Virus record (IMG/VR): IMGVR_UViG_2713896799_000015
Span: 1 to 41,227 of that record
Source of the DNA: a virus
Taxonomy: Duplodnaviria; Heunggongvirae; Uroviricota; Caudoviricetes
Direction: 5' to 3' (one strand)
DNA length: 41,227 bases
The position numbers were made by a program, and so were the translations under genes. Below, one piece after another: positions 35,716 through 41,227 of the stretch. The notes below the pieces were generated by a model. That model was not told the origin of the DNA, did not search any database, and saw only the letters and a list, made by a program, of their open reading frames with translations. The stretch's first letter is position 1; every line of letters begins with the position of its first letter.

Positions 35716-35792
35716 TTACCTAACAGGTAATTTTTTTAACTCATATCTATTGACATCAAACCAGATACGCATAATTATTACCTCAACGGTAA
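35716..35792. promoter_or_regulatory. Operator pair (OL-like) with TTGACA promoter element between them
   Basis: TTACCTAACAGGTAA (35716-35730) and TTACCTCAACGGTAA (35778-35792); TTGACA at 35750-35755. Confidence 0.6.
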
Positions 35793-35811
35793 CAAACCGA
35801 GGTAACAAGTT

Positions 35812-35964
35812 ATGCAGTGGAAAATCATCAACGGTTGGTACTGCGTTACTGCATGCGGATTCATGAGCTGGAAGTTCCGCACCTTACAGGAAGGCATTAA
35901 GTGGGCTTTCGTCAGCAAAGAAGCTCGCGATGTGGCCAACGATAACGAGATATGGGAGGGCTGA
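35812..35964 (+). CDS. Small Trp-rich protein, first gene of the rightward early operon
   Basis: 50 codons (below the ORF-track cutoff), GAGG 9 nt upstream of ATG. Confidence 0.3.
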   Translation: MQWKIINGWYCVTACGFMSWKFRTLQEGIKWAFVSKEARDVANDNEIWEG

Positions 35965-35966
35965 TA

Positions 35967-36266
35967 ATGAACGTTAATCAGCAGAAAAATCTTCAAAAAA
36001 TCATGCAGGCATTCGACAAGGACTACCGACTGTCAGAACAGCTATATGACCGACAAGTAGAACTGATTGAGAGTATCCGGCTTCATCAACTGTCCTCAAC
36101 TTTCGACGTTGTAACAGGCAAAGGCGTTCGTCAGGAAGTACTGGAGGCTGCTAAAGACAGCCCTGAGTTCGAAGAACTGATGGATGCCTATCGGCGAGAG
36201 GCAATGGCAATTATCGCCCGCTGGGATCTGGCTGATCAGCTTGATGGACAGAGGGACGCGGCATGA
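35967..36266 (+). CDS. Hypothetical protein
   Basis: Start taken at MNVNQQ with GGGAGG 7 nt upstream. Confidence 0.4.
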   Translation: MNVNQQKNLQKIMQAFDKDYRLSEQLYDRQVELIESIRLHQLSSTFDVVTGKGVRQEVLEAAKDSPEFEELMDAYRREAMAIIARWDLADQLDGQRDAA

Positions 36267-37084
36267 AACCGGGAATTTATTTCGACATCAGCAACGAAGA
36301 CTACCACGCCGGTGACGGCGTGAGTAAGTCGCAACTGGACATGGTTGCCAAGAATCCGGCGCTTCTTAAATGGATTCAGGCAGCACCAGAAGACGAAGAG
36401 AAAAAGTCTGCACTGGATATGGGAACCGCATTGCACTGTCTGCTTCTGGAGCCTGGAGAGTTCGACAAACGCTTCATTGTTTCACCGAAATTCGATCGTC
36501 GGACGAAACAAGGTAAAGCTGACGAAGAGGCATTTCTTCGTGATGTGGCGGATATGGGTATTTCGGTACTTGATGAAGAGCAGTGGCGGAAACTGGAGCT
36601 GATGCGTGATAGCGCAATGGCTCACCCGGCGGCACGCTGGATGTTGGAAGCACCTGGTTACTGCGAAGCGTCAATGTACTGGAACGATGAAGAGACGGGT
36701 GAGTTGTGCCGAATTCGTCCAGACAAATGGCTGAACGAGCACAACGTGATCATCGACGTGAAAAAGGTTGCAGATATGGACCGTTTTGCACGTCACATCG
36801 AGGAATTCCGCTACCACGTGCAGGACGCAATGTACCGCGAAGGCGCAATGAGGGTTACTGGTCAGCCGCATGGTTTTTTCTTTCTTGCCGTGAGCGAAAG
36901 CATTGATTGTGGTCGGTATCCGGTACGCGTGTTCGAGCTGGATGCGCCGGATGTCGATGCCGGGCACGCTCTGTTCCGCCGGGATCTGAATACCTATCAC
37001 GAATGCCGCATCAACGATGAGTGGGGCGGAGTGGAAATTATTAAACGCCCTGACTGGGCACGTAAACAGGATATGTACGTATGA
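36263..37084 (+). CDS. PD-(D/E)XK-type exonuclease (recombination partner)
   Basis: IIDVKK nuclease-like motif; ATGA overlap with both neighbours. Confidence 0.5.
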   Translation: MKPGIYFDISNEDYHAGDGVSKSQLDMVAKNPALLKWIQAAPEDEEKKSALDMGTALHCLLLEPGEFDKRFIVSPKFDRRTKQGKADEEAFLRDVADMGISVLDEEQWRKLELMRDSAMAHPAARWMLEAPGYCEASMYWNDEETGELCRIRPDKWLNEHNVIIDVKKVADMDRFARHIEEFRYHVQDAMYREGAMRVTGQPHGFFFLAVSESIDCGRYPVRVFELDAPDVDAGHALFRRDLNTYHECRINDEWGGVEIIKRPDWARKQDMYV

Positions 37085-37962
37085 GCAATGATATCGCAAT
37101 CACATCACAACCAGGCGCAACTGTAGGCACTGCTGCGGCAATCTTCAGCCCCGAGGGCATGAATCAACTGGTGCGTTTCGCTGAGTTGATGTCACAAAGC
37201 AAAGCGACTGTACCGAAACATCTTGAAGGCAAACCTGCCGATTGCCTGGCGGTGACCATGCAGGCGGCACAGTGGGGAATGAACCCTTTCGCCGTGGCGC
37301 AGAAAACGCATGTGGTAAACGGAACGTTAGGCTACGAAGCACAGTTGGTAAACGCGGTCGTATCCTCTTCCAGCCTGCTGGCGACACGCCTGAATTATCG
37401 CTGGAGCGGTGACTGGTCGAATGTTAACGGCAAAACAGATAAATCACCGAATCTGACGGTAACTGTGTCAGCAGTTCTTAAAGGAGAAGCAGAACCACGT
37501 GAGCTTACCATCAGTATGGCGCAAGCCGGAGTGCGTAACTCTCCATTGTGGGAACAGGATCCGCGCCAGCAGCTTGCCTATCTTTGCACGAAACGATGGG
37601 CTCGCCTGCACGCTCCTGATGTACTTCTCGGTGTTTACACCCCTGACGAATTACAGGAAACGGCACCGCGCGTTGAACGAGACATTACTCCGCAAACAAC
37701 TACTGCTGCGGGAATGAACAGTCTGATCAACGCTAAACCAATGAAAAAGCCTGATGAGCAAACGCGTAAAGCGGATAGCCGTGATCCAGAAGAAATGCTG
37801 ATGGCCTTTACCAGCGCAGCGATGAATTACAGCACTGTCTCCGAACTGGATAAGGCTTACAAATACATTGCACAAAAACTTTCAGATGATGACGAACTGC
37901 TGGCAAAAGCAACCGACGTTTACAGCGTTCGTCGGGAAGAATTAAACGAAACATCTATGTAA
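37081..37962 (+). CDS. RecT-family single-strand annealing protein
   Basis: 293 aa directly coupled to the exonuclease gene; family call by recollection. Confidence 0.55.
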   Translation: MSNDIAITSQPGATVGTAAAIFSPEGMNQLVRFAELMSQSKATVPKHLEGKPADCLAVTMQAAQWGMNPFAVAQKTHVVNGTLGYEAQLVNAVVSSSSLLATRLNYRWSGDWSNVNGKTDKSPNLTVTVSAVLKGEAEPRELTISMAQAGVRNSPLWEQDPRQQLAYLCTKRWARLHAPDVLLGVYTPDELQETAPRVERDITPQTTTAAGMNSLINAKPMKKPDEQTRKADSRDPEEMLMAFTSAAMNYSTVSELDKAYKYIAQKLSDDDELLAKATDVYSVRREELNETSM

Positions 37963-38011
37963 CCACCACCGCGGCGCCACGTGCGCCGCACTGCAACCAA
38001 GAGAGGTATTC

Positions 38012-38260
38012 ATGAAAGGTGCATTAGGTAAGAAAGAACTCCTGGCGGTGGTGCCACTGTCATGGAGCACTATCGACCGTATGGAGCGCGCAGGGGAATT
38101 TCCTAAACGCTGGTATATCACCGATAAACGCTGCGCATGGAACCGTGATGAAGTTGAGCGTTGGCTTGATGAACGTCAGGCAGCAAGCCCGGCAGAGTTC
38201 CAGGGTAAAAAGCCTCCTGTTCAGCAACGTGTATATCGTCCCGTGAGCAACGCTGCATGA
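38012..38260 (+). CDS. AlpA-type excisionase / regulator
   Basis: LSWSTIDRMERAGEFPKRWYITDKRCAWNRDEVERWL fits the AlpA pattern; partners with a P4-type integrase. Confidence 0.5.
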   Translation: MKGALGKKELLAVVPLSWSTIDRMERAGEFPKRWYITDKRCAWNRDEVERWLDERQAASPAEFQGKKPPVQQRVYRPVSNAA

Positions 38261-38369
38261 GTGCGCTGCTAAGGCACTGGAGCAAATGGTCAGGATGGTA
38301 CTTATTCCTGGCCTCTGTTTCAGCATGGCTTTATCTGCTGGCATTAATTTTCAGAGAGGGTTGGATTAA

Positions 38370-38669
38370 GTGAGAAAGTTAAGCCGACTTGAAAAATATC
38401 ACATGAATAAGGTTTCAATGCGCAGTCCGTCAAAGATTGTCGCCGTTACTCCTGCGGCGATAGAGATCGAAAAACGCGCGATTGAAAGAGAGAAAAAAGG
38501 GCAATTCCGCATTGCCGCTCACCTTTGGCTTCAGTGTATGGATGTTGCTTCTGGTGATGTTGAACGTGCAAGGATCGCGGTTCGCAGGGACCAATGTATC
38601 ACAAAAGGTAACGGCCTTCGCCGTGGCGACTATAGCGGCATAGGATGTTGTGGGGTGGTTTATGACTAA
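38370..38669 (+). CDS. Hypothetical protein
   Basis: 99-aa ORF in operon. Confidence 0.35.
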   Translation: MRKLSRLEKYHMNKVSMRSPSKIVAVTPAAIEIEKRAIEREKKGQFRIAAHLWLQCMDVASGDVERARIAVRRDQCITKGNGLRRGDYSGIGCCGVVYD

Positions 38670-39312
38670 GAAATACACACTAATCTATGCAGATCCACCC
38701 TGGGTATACCGGGACAAAGCCGCAGATGGTAATCGCGGTGCCGGTTTTAAATATCCGGTTATGAGTGTGCTGGATATCTGCCGCCTTCCTGTGTGGGATT
38801 TGGCCGATGAAAACTGTCTGTTGGCCATGTGGTGGGTGCCAACACAACCACTCGAAGCACTAAAAGTTGTTGAAGCCTGGGGATTCCGTCTGATGACGAT
38901 GAAGGGCTTCACGTGGATAAAATGTGGTAGTCGACAACCAGATAAACTGGTTATGGGTATGGGACACATGACTCGCGCCAATAGTGAAGATTGCCTGTTT
39001 GCGGTAAAGGGAAAACTACCTACGCGCATTAATGCAGGGATCGTTCAGTCATTTACCGCACCGCGGCTTGAGCATTCAAGAAAGCCAGATATCGTTCGTG
39101 AAAAACTTGTGCAATTATTAGGCGATGTTTCTCGCATTGAACTGTTCGCCCGCCAGACGTCTCATGGCTTCGATGTTTGGGGTAATCAGTGCGAAGACCC
39201 GGCAGTGCAACTACACCCTGGATACGCGTTGGATATCGGCGGATTAACAAATGCATTCAGCAATGCTCCGCTGTCACCAACAGACAACCAGGGGCGGGAG
39301 CGTGCAGCATGA
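38662..39312 (+). CDS. MT-A70-family DNA N6-adenine methyltransferase
   Basis: IYADPPW catalytic motif near the N-terminus; no nearby restriction gene. Confidence 0.65.
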   Translation: MTKKYTLIYADPPWVYRDKAADGNRGAGFKYPVMSVLDICRLPVWDLADENCLLAMWWVPTQPLEALKVVEAWGFRLMTMKGFTWIKCGSRQPDKLVMGMGHMTRANSEDCLFAVKGKLPTRINAGIVQSFTAPRLEHSRKPDIVREKLVQLLGDVSRIELFARQTSHGFDVWGNQCEDPAVQLHPGYALDIGGLTNAFSNAPLSPTDNQGRERAA

Positions 39313-39968
39313 ACCTATATCAACGCATCAATGGCGCTGACTGGTGCAATATCTTCGTCGTCGGCGATCTGCATGGGTGCTACACGCTGCTGATGAACGA
39401 ACTCGACAAAGTTTCATTCGACCCGGCGCGCGATTTGCTTATTTCCGTTGGTGACCTTGTTGACCGCGGCGCTGAAAACGTCGAATGCCTGGATTTGATT
39501 ACTATGCCGTGGTTCCGAGCTGTTCGTGGCAACCATGAGCAGATGATGCTGGATGCACTGGTCAACGGCGGAAGTTTCGGACATTGGATGTCAAACGGCG
39601 GTGGATGGTGGCACCAACTTGATTCTGAGCAGGATGTGCAACTCAAATACATTCTGCCAAAGGTTACCAACCTCCCGATGATTATCGAACTGGTTACCGG
39701 CAATAAGAAGGTCGTCATCTGCCACGCAGACTACCCGCACAACGAATACGCATTCGATAAGCCAGTACCGGAAGAAATGGTGATATGGAATCGTGAGCGG
39801 GTTAGCGACGCGCAGGACGGTATTGTCTCGGAGATAACCGGTGCCGATTTGTTCATCTTCGGTCATACGCCAGCACATCACCCACTGGTGTATGCAAACC
39901 AAATGTACATCGACACCGGCGCAGTGTTCTGCGGAAATCTGACGCTTACCAAAGTCCAGGAAGGATAG
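39309..39968 (+). CDS. Ser/Thr protein phosphatase (lambda PPase / PrpA-like)
   Basis: GDLHGC, GDLVDRG, GNHE metallophosphatase motifs; ATGA overlap with methylase gene. Confidence 0.7.
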   Translation: MNLYQRINGADWCNIFVVGDLHGCYTLLMNELDKVSFDPARDLLISVGDLVDRGAENVECLDLITMPWFRAVRGNHEQMMLDALVNGGSFGHWMSNGGGWWHQLDSEQDVQLKYILPKVTNLPMIIELVTGNKKVVICHADYPHNEYAFDKPVPEEMVIWNRERVSDAQDGIVSEITGADLFIFGHTPAHHPLVYANQMYIDTGAVFCGNLTLTKVQEG

Positions 39969-39970
39969 AA

Positions 39971-41227
39971 TTATTTATTACTGTCTTCCATCCACTTCTC
40001 AAACTTCGACGGGGAGAACGGAATCAGATCCGTATGCTCCCCGTCAATCCAGGAATCAATCATATCTGCCCACTGCTGCAACATGTAGGCGCGCTGTCTG
40101 GCGTATTCCGCTTTGTTATATACGGCGCGCACACCTTTCTGCTCATGTGCCAGAGCCTTTTCAATCCAGTCTGAAGGATAACCAGCCTCATGCAATAACG
40201 TACTGGCTGTACGGCGCATATCGTGTACGGTGAAGTCCTGAATATGCTCACCATTTTCATTTATTATTTTCACCGTTCTGTCGATCAGAGAGTTCAGCGC
40301 GGCATTAGATAATGGCTTCCGGAAGTTGTAACGACCAGGAACCAGATATTCACTTCCACCAGCGCACATCTGCAGCCCGACCAATATATCCTGTGCCTGT
40401 TTAGGCAGGTAAATAACGTGCGCCCGGCTTCCCTTCATGCGGTCTGAAGGAATTGTCCATGTCCATTTTTTAAAATCTATTTCGTCCCACGTTGCATTGG
40501 TGAATTCGCCTTTACGAACCATAGTGATAAGCACCAGCTTTAAAGCCATTTTCATAGTGCCCATAGCACCAATGGCATCCAGCGTGCGGAAGAACAGACC
40601 AATTTCTTCTGGTGTCAGTGTTCGCTCTCGTGGTTTAAATATGGCGATAGACGAAGGTTTAATGTCAGCAGCAGGATTAAACAAACCATGACCACGGTCA
40701 TTGGCATGACGGTATACGCTGCTGATGATCTCCCTGGCCTGCACTGCTGTTGCCCGGCCGCCGCGTTCGACAATCCGGTCACACAAATCACGAACCATCG
40801 ATGTGGTAATTTCAGCCATCATTTTGTTACCAAGAACAGGAAGTATGTCACGGTCGATCACCGCCTGCTTCATTGCGCGGGTACTGTCAGCCAGGATGAC
40901 GTGTTTCATATAACTGTCGGTATGTACCGCAAACGTCTCGGCACCACGAATCTTTTTGATACCGTCACGTTTAGCCGCAGCCGGTGACTGGCCTGCTTTA
41001 AGCAGCTTCTTTGCAGCAATCAGTTCTTCTCGCGCTTCTGCCAGGCTGATACCGTCACGCCCATACTGCCCAATTACCAGTGTTTCGCGGCGACCGTTGA
41101 TACGGTAGTCATAGCGAAACGAGACCGTGCCTGACGTAAGCACAGCTACATACAGCCCGTCACGATCGGAGACCTTGTACAGTTTGTCCTGCGGCTTGAG
41201 GTTTTTTAATTTTGTATCGGTAAGCAC
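39971..41227 (-). CDS. Tyrosine integrase, P4-type; 5' end may be truncated by window
   Basis: N-terminal DUF4102-like arm-binding region, HDMRRT (H-x-x-R) and C-terminal Tyr region; ORF runs to the last base. Confidence 0.8.
   Translation of the reverse strand: MLTDTKLKNLKPQDKLYKVSDRDGLYVAVLTSGTVSFRYDYRINGRRETLVIGQYGRDGISLAEAREELIAAKKLLKAGQSPAAAKRDGIKKIRGAETFAVHTDSYMKHVILADSTRAMKQAVIDRDILPVLGNKMMAEITTSMVRDLCDRIVERGGRATAVQAREIISSVYRHANDRGHGLFNPAADIKPSSIAIFKPRERTLTPEEIGLFFRTLDAIGAMGTMKMALKLVLITMVRKGEFTNATWDEIDFKKWTWTIPSDRMKGSRAHVIYLPKQAQDILVGLQMCAGGSEYLVPGRYNFRKPLSNAALNSLIDRTVKIINENGEHIQDFTVHDMRRTASTLLHEAGYPSDWIEKALAHEQKGVRAVYNKAEYARQRAYMLQQWADMIDSWIDGEHTDLIPFSPSKFEKWMEDSNK

Larger units (their letters stand above)
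1143..41227. mobile_element. Temperate podovirus-type prophage (epsilon15/phiV10-like layout), right end beyond window
   Basis: Continuous phage gene content from lysis cassette to tyrosine integrase; T7-like order of structural genes; integrase ORF runs to the last base of the window. Confidence 0.8.

Noticed and set aside
1-41227. CRISPR arrays, insertion sequences, rRNA genes
   Set aside because: No short regularly spaced repeats, no transposase-like ORF with terminal inverted repeats, and no rRNA-like sequence were seen.

Overview
The window is almost entirely one temperate podovirus-type prophage (about 1143 to the right edge, roughly 40 kb), flanked on the left by two chromosomal genes. 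The structural module has T7-like gene order (portal, scaffold, major capsid, tail tubular A/B, internal virion proteins, tailspike with a T7 gp17-like N-terminus), and the overall layout resembles epsilon15/phiV10-type phages; that family assignment is from memory of gene order and motifs, not from a search. Left to right: two host genes (sizes and neighbourhood fit E. coli yfgH-yfgI, which sit next to guaA), a lysis cassette (Rz with embedded Rz1, endolysin, two holin-like proteins), an AT-rich O-antigen acetyltransferase moron, the tailspike, a P22 immI-like ant/arc/mnt module, the T7-like virion genes, an internal tRNA-Arg(UCU) unit, terminase, a block of unknown early genes, lambda-like replication genes with iterons, a cro-like/tandem-HTH repressor immunity region, a recombination/methylase/phosphatase operon, and a P4-type integrase cut by the window edge. 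The most interesting signals are regulatory rather than a new enzyme system: (1) a 15-bp palindrome TTACC-N5-GGTAA in at least 11 copies, clustered at the immunity region and also dispersed in front of other transcription units; (2) a near-consensus LexA box in front of a small gene that is a stand-alone copy of the Ant C-terminal domain, alongside a repressor with no autopeptidase domain; (3) three copies of the 12-bp palindrome GTGACATGTCAC, each next to an intrinsic terminator; (4) an AT-rich Mnt-fusion plus membrane-protein pair at the position where P22 carries sieA. All protein assignments are from reading the translations; none were checked against databases.
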